Below are positions 41,082 through 52,373 of a stretch of 64,000 nucleotides of DNA, one piece after another. Source of the stretch: Euprymna scolopes. Its lineage: Eukaryota. The notes under the pieces were generated by a model, which saw nothing but the letters and a program-made list of their open reading frames with translations, did no database searches and was not told where the DNA came from. Numbering within the stretch: the stretch's first letter is position 1; each line of letters opens with the position of its first letter. The translations under genes were made by a program, and so were the position numbers. Where the stretch lies: the NCBI GenBank assembly GCA_053919585.1, contig CM132788.1, one strand, 5' to 3'.

Positions 41082-41801
41082 AATTTACTAGTGTCTGCGA
41101 GTTCATTCCTTATAGACTCCGATACGGGTGAACATATTCATTATTTTTAATTACAGAACTTTAGTTTATAAGTCTGGAAGTGATTTTACCAAGTTTTGTC
41201 TCAGAATGCCCCTGATAATAACCGATAATCGATAATCGAAACCGTTATCTCATTCATCTATCACCGGTAAAGCCATTTTTTCCATGTTTTCGTAAGCTAC
41301 GACGCTAGCAGCTAATTGAACAACGGGCTGTAAAAATTCTAATCTGCTTTGTGTGTGCGTGTGGGGGGGTGCGTGTGTGTGTGTTTTGCTTTTTGATTTA
41401 TTTATCATTTTTGCATGGCGTGATCTGTAGGTTCGAACTCCGCACATAATTTTTTTTTCATTAACTCCAAAGAATTTTATGAGACTTTTAAATTTACGAA
41501 TCTTTTTTTTTGTTTTGTTTTGTTTTGTTTTTTGCATGCTCAAAACCCGAAGTAAATTTCTCAATGTTTTTTTTTTTTCGTTAACCGGAAAGAAGTTTAT
41601 ATAAAGTAATTTTACAAAAACAAAATAGTAGGTTCTCTAGAGTGCAATGTAGAAGACCATATGTTGGACTAAGCTACTGCATGAAGGCGTGGGAAGCTTC
41701 CTCTCGGGCAATTTCACCAATTTCGATGACAATAAAAATATAGGAGTGTGAAATATCTGTTGATCATCATTCAATACCGGCAACGTTGGTTGTCCCTGCT
41801 A

Positions 41802-41802
<1 letters not shown>
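41070..41802 (+). mobile_element. Non-autonomous Helitron-like element between (TA)n tracts
   Basis: 3' end ACCGGCAACGTTGGT hairpin + TGTCCCTGCTAG|T; 5' region CTTATAGACTCCGATACGGGTGAAC. Confidence 0.55.
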
Positions 41803-41874
<72 letters not shown>

Positions 41875-43237
41875 TTTCCAGCATGCTGAAAATATCTAGA
41901 ATTGTTGGAAAAATACACCAAGATCACGTACTGCAAAAAAGAACGAAGAATGAGCCAACTGAAAACTCGCCGAATCAATATACCCAGTTCCATGTATGTA
42001 TACAAGAAGTTCTCTACAAAAAGAGGATCATCCCACTATGAGCAAATTACAATCATAATAGCTGCTCAAAATTAAGGTTTGATAAATATATCTTTGAAGT
42101 ATTTAAGTCTCATCAATGAAAACAAGAATAGGGCATGTCGCACCTCAATAGAAAGTATGAGTCTCCTTACGTTCAACTGTAATATTCTGTTGTGGGACAG
42201 CTTCTATGCGTTGCAAAACAATAGGGTGTGTAAATATATCCCCTTGATCACCTGTAAATAAGTTAGATGTCGTATGCAGCAGCAAGTCCTTGTAAACATA
42301 CAATAAAAAGCAGTTAAAAATAAGCCAAACACCATCCAGTATATGTTACATGAAACGGTGGTCTCCTTCTCATGGCAATAAGAAGGCATACTAGATAAGT
42401 GAAAACAATATTAGGATAAGACTAGAATCGAAGCCTGTAAGAAAGTGTTAACGATAATGGAAATGGAATGTAAGAAATTCAGTCCATTGTTAATTCTATT
42501 AAAAATAGTTAAATATTGTCTTTGTCGGAAAAAGAGTCTATTATCAATTCTTTTAGAAATCTGGATATTAAATATGTCAATTAAATGAATGCACAATGCG
42601 AGTAAAAATATATTGTTTTAAAATAGGTTAGAATTCGATTGAGGATTCTTTGCTTGCCAAAAGTGTGTTTGGGCAATCATTTGTAAACCCACTTGACTAC
42701 ATCACGTAAGTAACCACACTTCTGACGTTATAAATAAAATACGATTTATCAATATAGAAATCTGAGGGTTCGAAGTAAGGTGGATGAGGATCAGATATTC
42801 AGAGCTGATCACAGACGGTGATATCCAGCTGGAGAGGAGAGTCCCTTTGTAGCTAATGGGGGAAAATAGACCATGTAAATCAAAGTTTGAATTCAATTTA
42901 AAAGCAGAAAAATAACTGTATTCTTCAACTCTAACTTCAGTAATTACTGCCGTCCATAGATGTTGTCGTCGCCTTACAAGGATTTTGTCAATAAATCTTT
43001 TCGTCGGCCTTGTGTAGGATATAAACCGCTATCTTCAGCCAATGCTCCCCTGATAATGTAGAGATTCAACGTCTCTATCCATGGAGGCACGGGCGATTAA
43101 AGTTGGATGTTTGTGCTCTTTTAAATACAAGTGTCTTTTACCTGATCTTCCATTTGCGGGTCCGTACCGAATCGTATGTATTATTTGATTAGTGGAATTC
43201 TTTTCAGATGAGTAGTTTGTATATTTGTATTTATTTA

Positions 43238-43910
43238 CTAACCTGGTAGCCCGGCGTTGCCCGGGTGTTTGTAGGTATGTGTTGAGCAAAAAAAAGAAAA
43301 GTAGTAGAAGGGAAGGCGGGCTCGAACCCCTACCGTGAAGAAGGAAAAGAACGTGAAAAAATGTGGCGTTTTGCTGTTGCTCCCATCGCCAACCGGAAGT
43401 GATGTCGAAAGTGTAGGCAGACAAATATACACACATATATACGTACATTTTAACAGACAGGTGAGATTTATATTATATATTATATTGGATGCAATATATA
43501 GAATGGTTTAAAAAGGTAAAAGAATAAAAACTCGTGTGCCACCACCGAGAATCGAAACAAAAATGTTCAGCTTACGATTTATTTTTGCCTCTGCCGACAA
43601 TGACTGGGCTATGTAGACCCGTTTACTGCAAGGTTAAAAATTACAACATGAACCAATAGCTACTACGTTATGAGTGTATAATGCCGGCGTTCGACCTTCA
43701 CTTGACAAATTTAATTTTTTTTTAATTTTCACACTTTTACGCTTATTTTTCCGGGCTAAACACAAAATATAAAGTTCCGCATGTATTCAAATACCTTATA
43801 TATGAAGTTTCATGTATGTAGACCAAAAACTATCGCAGGACTGTAGTAGACAAAGTTTGTTAAAGAAACAATAAAATATATATGGAAACAATTTTGTGTT
43901 TAGTATAAAT
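43238..43910 (-). mobile_element. Non-autonomous Helitron-like element carrying tRNA-like boxes
   Basis: Minus-strand 3' end CCCGGGCAACGCCGGG hairpin + CTACCAGGTTAG|T. Internal B-box-like GGTTCGAGCCC (~43320) and an A/B-box-like segment at 43540-43615. Confidence 0.6.
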
Positions 43911-44492
43911 TTTTTACGCAAATATTACGGCAGTATACATCATGTACAACAACGGAAGGAATATAATTGCAAGAAATAGTTAACTAAAGATTAGCATCCC
44001 ATAAGAAAACCGAAGAAGGTAATTGGGAATTAATTAAAGTGAATGTTTAAAAGAATATAAAAATTAGCTAGATCTTTTACTAGTGAATGCAATTCCACGA
44101 CCCATATATAAGGCACTTATATTTTCTTTTTAAATAAAGAGAGAAAGGGATTTTAATATGAATATCTATACACACAGGACAAAAAAAACAATTAATAGGA
44201 GTATAGATTTGCGGAATATTATCTTCATCTTTTCTAGTTGTTATTTTACGATTAAACATAACTATTCCGTCGTCGTTAACAACGTGACGAAGACCAGTGC
44301 AATAGTTGTTCAAAACCTGGATTTATAAGACTCAAAATCCAATCTTGATCGCCCTCCCAGTTCCGTGGCGGAGTCCATAGAGTACAAATAGAACATTGCT
44401 ACGAGAGTTAAACAGCGCCGATTCAGGAGAGGTTTGGCTGGTGATCGCGTCACCCTTGTCTCACAATAACATACGCAGTTGCACTTACAGGG

Positions 44493-44544
<52 letters not shown>

Positions 44545-44570
44545 ATATATATATATATATATATATATAC

Positions 44571-45200
44571 ATTTACTTCTTAAATTTAAATTCTGAAATC
44601 CAAATATAGGCAGATATATTCGAGTTAAGAATTTGTTGTTTGACAAAAGGAATATATAGAAGGGGTTATATTAATTTCCTTAATCCATGGATTTTCAATT
44701 AGGTAGAATATCGGTCCAGGGAAGAAAGCAGTAATCCCATATAACAAAATGCGTGGTTGCTCCTTATTGATATTTCGAAAGGTATACGGGTCGACCGTGT
44801 TCGTTGGTGTTTTGAATGCGTTTTTATATATGTAATCCTTGACCAATATTCTGCCTACTTGGAAATTACCCCGGAGGACATTATACTCCTTCCGATAATG
44901 AACTGCGCAGGTTGTATGAAATTCTCTCTTTCAATAATTATTTTCATATAACAATCATTCACCACCAAAAAACTATTTTCAATATTTGTGCTGAAAAGTA
45001 AAATAAGTGCTTTTTCACAACTGAACATTTTGTTAACTGCATTTCATTTCCTCTGATGGTATGAGCCATTATTTTATTATTCCATGGATTAAGGAAAATA
45101 ATATAACCCCTCTATAGATTCCTTTTGTCAAACAACCAATTTTTCACTCGAATATATTTGCCTATATATTGATTTCCGAATTAAAATTTAACAACTAAAT
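44571..45200. mobile_element. Fold-back element with ~125-bp TIRs whose inner ends are hammerhead motifs (family A, copy 1)
   Basis: 44571-44693 and 45081-45200 are inverted repeats flanked by TA runs. Minus arm reads GAAAATCCATGGATTA AGGAAAT; plus arm reads ATTTCCT CTGATG...TCCATGGATTA AGGAAAT. Confidence 0.85.
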
Positions 45201-46544
45201 ATATATATTGCTCTATTCTTAAATATTGAGCTTTTCTTTTTTGGCTAAGATCAGCCTAAAAGCGTTACCTCTAGTCATATCTATCAGGATTTTCATCGNN
45301 NNNNNNNNNNNNNNNNNNNNNNNNNNNNNNNNNNNNNNNNNNNNNNNNNNNNNNNNNNNNNNNNNNNNNNNNNNNNNNNNNNNNNNNNNNNNNNNNNNNN
45401 NNNNNNNNNNNNNNNNNNNNNNNNNNNNNNNNNNNNNNNNNNNNNNNNNNNNNNNNNNNNNNNNNNNNNNNNNNNNNNNNNNNNNNNNNNNNNNNNNNNN
45501 NNNNNNNNNNNNNNNNNNNNNNNNNNNNNNNNNNNNNNNNNNNNNNNNNNNNNNNNNNNNNNNNNNNNNNNTAGACGCATGAGCTTCTGCCACAACAATT
45601 ACGTTGCTCGGAAATACTCACTGATGATTACTTTATACTAGTGAAGACTTTGTTTAGATCCAACCACACAATTTTGATATTACTGCTAATTTTTGACATT
45701 GCAGATAACTGCCACGGACCAGAGTATACATTAGACAGCAGGTTTTTATATCAGAGTTTTCCTTTCCTTGATGCATGTCTTTATGAAACTTGGGGCAGAT
45801 CTCGCAAGTGAATTAATGCATCCGCAGATGCCAACCTGGACATTTCTAGGATTCTACGCGGTGCATGCAACGCGATAGCCTTCATACATAGTAACCAATC
45901 TAGTACTGGCCAGGCATATATTCATATTATTGTAAAATATATTTCATGATCAGGGTTAAAATGTGGTGACGTGTGGGCAAGGTAAGATGTATGTGATGTG
46001 TGCCACACTATATGATGTAATATAAATAGGGTTTTTTTTCTGTATTTGGTGTACGCATTAGCAAATGGTCATGATTAGACATGATTTTATTTTATTTTTT
46101 CAAATATTTTATTGTAATCTGTGTGTTTTACTTGCTCCATAAAATTCATATCATAGCATTGTAACAATTTTCTGTTATTTTTAGGATACCATTCCCCTTT
46201 TACTTTTGCTCACACATTTCCGCAAAAACACTTTTACTATATGGATATGCATTATTAAAATGTAGCTGAAGTATGATGATAAATCCCATCATAAAAACAT
46301 ATGGCATAACAATTTTCGACGGAAAATTTGCGGATTGTATTAACCCGTATTAAGAACATACGGAAAACAATTACATCGGCATATGTTTTTGGTTTACTAA
46401 ATTTCCCATTACTCTATAATATCCGAATTAGGATGTTTATATTTTTATGTGACATTCTCCGAACCAACTTTACAAACTTAACGAATAGAAAACAGAAATA
46501 ATATAAATCGCTGAAATGTATTAATTGTAAGTTGTGCATTTTAC

Positions 46545-46644
46545 CTGTTCTCAGCAGTAATATGAGTGTTTTCATTTTAATAATGACATCCAGCTTGGAT
46601 AATATATCAAAGATATGTTGTGTATTGCAGCTGCGTTTTAAAGT
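46545..46644 (-). CDS. Candidate exon containing ATG: MKTLILLLRT (signal-peptide-like), phase-1 donor
   Basis: tttttcatatatag| ... aaaATG(46575) ... ACAG|gtaaaa. An upstream donor at 46737 would give a 93-nt intron. No homology support. Confidence 0.25.
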
Positions 46645-46839
46645 CTATATATGAAAAATTAATTGGTTGCGAATTTAAGACAGTACGTCTTATTGTACGT
46701 GCATTTTATGAAGCTGCTAACAGTTAAGATAAATTACCTATTCAGAATAGCTTAACTTAAAAAAATTTGAAAAGATAATGAAGAAACTAAATTTTAAAAT
46801 ACTTCGATATAAGCTTAAACTCATATTATTTGCATTCAT

Positions 46840-46915
46840 CGTACTGCACCTATAAATATGGTTTTCACAAAGTCTCGGTCGATATAACTTCCGACCTTCT
46901 TCAGGTGTAGTTTTT
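46840..46915 (-). ncRNA. Inactivated hammerhead-like motif
   Basis: ACTACAC CTGAAGA A GGTCG/gaagttatat/CGACC GAGAC (GAAA mutated); downstream GTGCAGT can pair with ACTACAC. Confidence 0.45.
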
Positions 46916-47118
46916 CGAACTCGGGAATCTTTCTCTCGAACTCGGGAAGTTGGACGAGATTTCGAGTAGATCCCTCTTATTTACTTGTTCTGCTAACCAT
47001 GACTGGGTATAGTAGTTTGCAATTGTATTTTGTGGTCGTCCACAATGTGGATTTAACTTTCAACTTTCAGGAGAGTACCACTTTTTAGAATTGATTTTTC
47101 CAAGTATGCTCACCTTGC

Positions 47119-47146
47119 GGACCGGTGGCGCAGTGGTTAAAGTACG
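47119..47146 (+). other. tRNA/SINE-like 5' fragment (A box only)
   Basis: GGACCGGTGGCGCAGTGGTTAAAGT; no downstream B box or cloverleaf. Confidence 0.3.
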
Positions 47147-48655
47147 TGGACGGTGTGAAAATGACACCCAAGATCAGAAAACTTTTCTCATCGATTTACT
47201 CCATTTTTGATCGTCTATTTGAATGACGAAATCCATTCGACCAGTTTAAACCCCGATAAATATAGTTGACATGTAAACAAGTATTATTAAATGTTTTTTA
47301 ACGTCTGTAGAGTGATCTAATCATTATATGATGATCATTTTCACAACGTTACAAGTACCTTATATTTGTCCAAGTCAGAGGAATTCAAATAATACAAATA
47401 ACTAATACTCTTCTAAAAAAATTACGAAACGTAATGACTTTTAAATCATATCTTAAAAAATAAGTAAAAATATAAATAATTAATATATAGCGATCTATTT
47501 ACAACAATAAATAACATTATTTACCAAACATGCATTTGTTAATTTTCGAAACTCAAGTAATCTTCTAATAGGATCTATTAAATTTAAAAAAAAGAAACTT
47601 CTATTGGCATCTACGCTCATCACTGAAGAACGTAATATTTTGTAATGTGTTTGTTCTTCGCTATTTTGTTAGCGTTTATATATCCGTGAGTGGTTCTCAA
47701 AGCAAAAAGATTTCATAATTTCTTTGATTTTTTTGTGTTAATTAAGATTCGATTCTTTTGCGTAGTAGAAGCGAAACGTGAATATATAAAGCTGGACTCG
47801 TCTTTTCAAAACATTACTTCGTAAGGTTAAAATATTCTATTTTAGAAATCCAATGAAAACTTGTATATTTATTGTATATTGTGATTTAGTTTGAAAAATT
47901 CACGGTGGTAGGAATACTTATAAAATAATAACAAGGCATTTTAGAATCATTATTCTTTTGTACTCATTTTGTTAGTATAAGTACGTCACCGTAGATGACT
48001 GCTTCTGGAGAAAAACTGTACATCCAATCTCCTGGTCAGAACTATGATATAATGAGATTGGTTTTAGTGGGGGGGGGAAATGTAATAGAATAGTTAGTCA
48101 AATTTTGTGAAAACAGTGTCTCTTTATGTTGAATTTAAACATTCTAGAAAGCAATGTAATATTGTATAATATTGTTCTCAAAGGAAAAATCATTTTTTAA
48201 ATATTATTTGAGCCTGACACATTCGATTGTAATCGATTTTATAATAACAACGTTTGTTATAATGATTTATTTTTCTTTTGGTAACTCAAATTTTTGGTGT
48301 TGCTAATCTGACTTTAAGCCCAAGAAAAGGGCCAGAGATGTACATCTGGTTAATAGTTGCATCAAAGTCAGAATCGATGTGTTATTCCTAGTTGTCGAGA
48401 AAATAAATTAGAAAGAAAAACTCAAAAAACCTTTTTAAGCATTTCCACATGTGTAATTCGCAACACAGGACAAAAAACTAAGAAAATAGAAAACAAAAGC
48501 ATTACAACATACACAATTCTGTTTTATTAGAATTAATGGCTCTGAAACAGCCAGGAAAATTATAATTAATAAACTATTTTCATATATTTAAAAAAAAAAA
48601 CAGCAAAACTCGAATTAAATATTTCAATTTAACCATTACTAATGTTGTCGAAATA

Positions 48656-49723
48656 CACCCCGTGCCAGAATTATATGCGAATCGATATTTTTGGTGCTAA
48701 CTCCGATAGTTTTCAATGAAAGTTCGTGAAACTTTGCACGTTTTACGGCAACACTAGCTTATGCGAAGATATACAAGTTTAAACTGATCTGCGCTATATC
48801 AAGCAAACAGCAGCTATTTTGGAGACTTGAAGTTTTTTCAGCGTGCCAACTTTATATGCAAGATGGGACGTAAATGTGCTTTAAGTCAAGCTAAGAAGTC
48901 TAACAGTGTTTAAAGGTTCCAAATAATATTTACACCTTAGAAATTGCAAACGAATTACACTTTGATCATTGTACAATCAAAAATATTGTACTAACCCTCA
49001 ACTTTGCAACAGACGTTCTGACAAAGGGAAAATTCGTAAGAACTCATATCTGTCACGTCGAACAAGAAGCAAGGTCAAGAGAGAAGTCCGCCGTAACCCA
49101 CTTGAAACTAGCTAAAAAAGTTATTAAAAAATCTGGCGTTCCTGACGTGTCATAATCAACTTGTTGCCGTATTCTGAGGACGATTGCAAAATTTTGAAAG
49201 CCAGAGGTCCGCCCTCAATTGAAAAATATCCACAAGAAAAAGATGATGGAGTGGGCAAGTGACCACATGAAGGTGAATTTTACAAACCGTTTTGTTCACC
49301 GATGAGTGTCGAGCGACACTTGATGAACCCGATGGGTGGAGGGGAGCCTGGTACCATAATGAGGGTCTACCTCCCCAAAGGATCAGGCGTCAACAAGGAG
49401 GTGGTGGTGTGATATTCTGGGCTGCAATCTTTATTATTGTTGTTCTCAATTTACAAATGCCTAGAATAATTAATGCTTCGATGATCTTTTAGACCTTCAC
49501 CATATTTTACCATTGGTTTGCATATAAAGTTGGCACGCTGAAAAAAAATGCAAATCACCAAAATTGCTGCCAAATCTTTATTACTGTGTAGATAAGCTTA
49601 ACATTTTAGAGAATTGCTTGCGTTACTGTTGCCATTTAACGTGCTTAATTTCAAAAACTTTCATTGAAAACTCTCAGGGTTAGAACAAAAACATCGATGT
49701 GCATATAATTCTGGCACGGGGTG
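48656..49723 (+). mobile_element. Tc1-family transposon (TRT/DD37E-like transposase) with ~205-bp IR/DR TIRs and TA TSD; internally deleted
   Basis: TA|CACCCCGTGCCAGAATTATATGC...GCATATAATTCTGGCACGGGGTG|TA. ATG at 48863 (MGRK..), then RRSDKG and FTDECRATLDEPDGW..RRQQGGGGVIFWAAI. Truncated before the second D. Confidence 0.92.
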
Positions 49724-50120
49724 TATGTGAAAAACTTGTTAAATGTGTTTACTCGCTAACAATATAAAACCTGGAACTCGACTTTGATACAAACGTCAAA
49801 GACAACCTCACCTCTTATCCGACACATTCCTTCCAAATTAGGAATACCAAAAAAGTAAAATTAAAAGAATAGAAATAAATGTAAAAGAAAAATTAGGAGT
49901 AGGGAAATAAAATAATATATTTTCCCTAAAAAGAGTTGCTTCTGCAGGATCCTGTGGAAAAATAATAATTGACATAATTTATTTATATTTGTACAAGATC
50001 AGTTCAATCTGTTAAATGTAAAGCATTTGCATTTAATACATGAATTTATTTAAAAAAAGATAAATTTAAATAATAACCATGCAATTATGATGCCTGGTAA
50101 AATGTATTATATATTTTGTG

Positions 50121-50178
<58 letters not shown>

Positions 50179-50597
50179 CGGATTTATTTTTATATGCATA
50201 TATTTTTAACCAAAGTTTTGAATCAAGCTATGTTTTGGTACATATGCACAATTTTAACCTGACGTAACTCAACACGACATTAATTTCCAAGCTTCGCCAA
50301 TTATGAAAGCGTAACAAACGCTACTAAAACATAAATGGAACATGTCCTAATACATTTAACAGAATAAATAAACAAAACAAAAAACAACGAGAAACAACGA
50401 CCTACAGTAACATTTTTTTTGCTTTATTTTTTATAATACAATAAGTTTTCTTTACTGTAATTCTTTTGTTTGTCCAGCGAAAAAGTTCAAAACAAAATAG
50501 ATAAGCAAAGTGTTTTTAAAAGGCTCTGTGAAACAATAAAAGACACTATTTAACAAAAAAAAGATAAATGAATTATATTTGTTTTTTTGTTTTTTTT

Positions 50598-50820
50598 CGG
50601 TAATGGTTGTTCTTGACATGAGGAGATTAGGGAGAGATGTCTATTAAGACAGTTGTTCTTAACATGAAGAGGCTTGGAGGTGTCTATTTCGAAATTCGTT
50701 CCTAACATTGGGAAGTTTTGGGAGCAGTATTTATTCCGAAAGCCGGTCTTAAAATGTGCAGGTTGGGTGGGGGATATTCCGAAAGCCATTCCTAACATGG
50801 GGAGGTTGGGGTGCATTCCC
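50598..50820. repeat. Degenerate ~45-bp minisatellite (about 5 units)
   Basis: Recurring TATTCCGAAAGCC and GTTC(C/T)TAACATG..GAGGTTGGG. Confidence 0.7.
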
Positions 50821-51264
50821 TGCGCGTGCATCTCCCCCCACATCTATTCTTATGAGATCGTCTTTTGGCGATGATGCACACCTTGCTACAGGAAACGCAT
50901 TTCTTTTTTCAGCAATATTTTTTCTTGACAATATGAGACCACTTGTTCCGGCGTCATCAAACATTTTTCACAAACTAGAGATATTCATTTTTTTTTTGTT
51001 TCCACAGTTTTTAGATATCACAGGCGTGTGGTGTTTAATGAATTTGATTTTTTTTATTTCTTTCTAATTTTTGTTTTGGAAACTTCTCCTGATACTTTGC
51101 AAATGATTGGCCGATCGACGTTTTACGTCACATTACAATCAAACCTGAGAGCATGACGTAATGTTCCGAGCAAAGCCGACCAGACACTGATTACGTCTAG
51201 TTACAATTATGCACAAGTACCTATATTTTTATTATATTCAGTTGTGTAGTCGCCACTGGCATCA

Positions 51265-52035
51265 ATTGAAATGAATGTCTCTCGTCTTGAGGAGGCCTCA
51301 AGTTTTGATAAGCTTCTGGGCTGGACCTTTACTTCTGATCTTAAATGGAACACATACATCAAATCTGTAGCCAACGCCGCTGGAAAAATAGTGAATTCTT
51401 TGTATCGATCCAGTTGATATCTCACTGCTGAAGCAATTCTCTATCTATATAAAAGCCAGGTACGTCAAAGAATGGAATAATATTGCCACATCTGGACAAA
51501 AGCTGCTAGAAATTACTTGTCCTGCTTTGATAGAGTTCAGAATAGACTTCGTAGCCTCGTAGGAGATGTCCTTTTCTCTTCCCTGCAACCTCTATCTCAC
51601 AGAAGAGATGTTGCGAGTTTCTCTATGCTTTATCGTTATTTTCATGGAAAGTGTTCGACTGAGCTTCAATCTATGGTCCCCCTCGCCAAACCTTGACAAG
51701 AAACACTCATCTAGCTGAAAACACTATCAATAATTTCCCCCACTCTTTATCTGTGTCTTAATCTTAACGTAGATTCCATTAACAAAGCTTCTTTCTTAGA
51801 ACTGCACGCCTGTGGAATTGTCTTCCACTTTCCTGCTCTCCAGCTGACTACAATATGGTTGTCTTCTAGTCTAACGTAAAAATGTTATTGATGAGCCGTT
51901 CCAATTGTAAACAAATTTACCGAATTTCCATTACTAACGATACCTATATTGCCCAATTTCTACTGTACACTCTTTAACTCTTATCCTCGAGTGACATCCT
52001 GGCCTTGAAAACTGGTGATCTCTATGCAATAAAAA
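51265..52035 (+). mobile_element. CR1/Zenon-like LINE 3' fragment
   Basis: KLLGWTFTSDLKWNTYI..ILYLYKSQVR..CHIW..RRDVASFSMLYRYFHGKCS; 3' UTR shared with the 54490 copy. Confidence 0.9.
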
Positions 52036-52373
52036 TGTAAATTTGATGCAATCCGGTAAGATAAATTGTTTTAAATTTTTGGAGATGAGATTGGTATTAA
52101 TTTTGATTGTTTTGTCTATCACTCTCATTTTGGAAAGTGTTCTCCCAATAGAATCTTTCCGACCCTTAGATTTTGTGTGAAAATTACCCGAAATCAACAC
52201 CATATGAATGTACACCTGGGAACCGAATATTTTACACTGAAAAAGCTGTGGGGCCTGAAGCCCAGGGTGCTTTAAGGGTAAAAACCCCATTTTTGAGGGA
52301 TAATTTTTTTTTTCCTGGAAAAATTTATACTTGTGTCTAAATATGGATTTTGAATGGTACATAATATAATTGC

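Noticed and set aside
41872-43080. Ionotropic-receptor pseudogene (WTAVITEV, SEVWL, WMVFGLFLTAFY, GTGYID) or Ig/sushi motifs (AEDSGLY; YNVRSVVTY)
   Set aside because: The motifs fall in different frames, their spacings do not fit iGluR/IR topology, and key Cys residues are absent. No call is possible without a profile search.
4574-45621. ORFs containing long X runs or YIYIYI tracts
   Set aside because: Artefacts of N gaps and (TA)n microsatellites.
47119-47200. tRNA gene
   Set aside because: A box only; no anticodon arm, T arm or acceptor stem partner.
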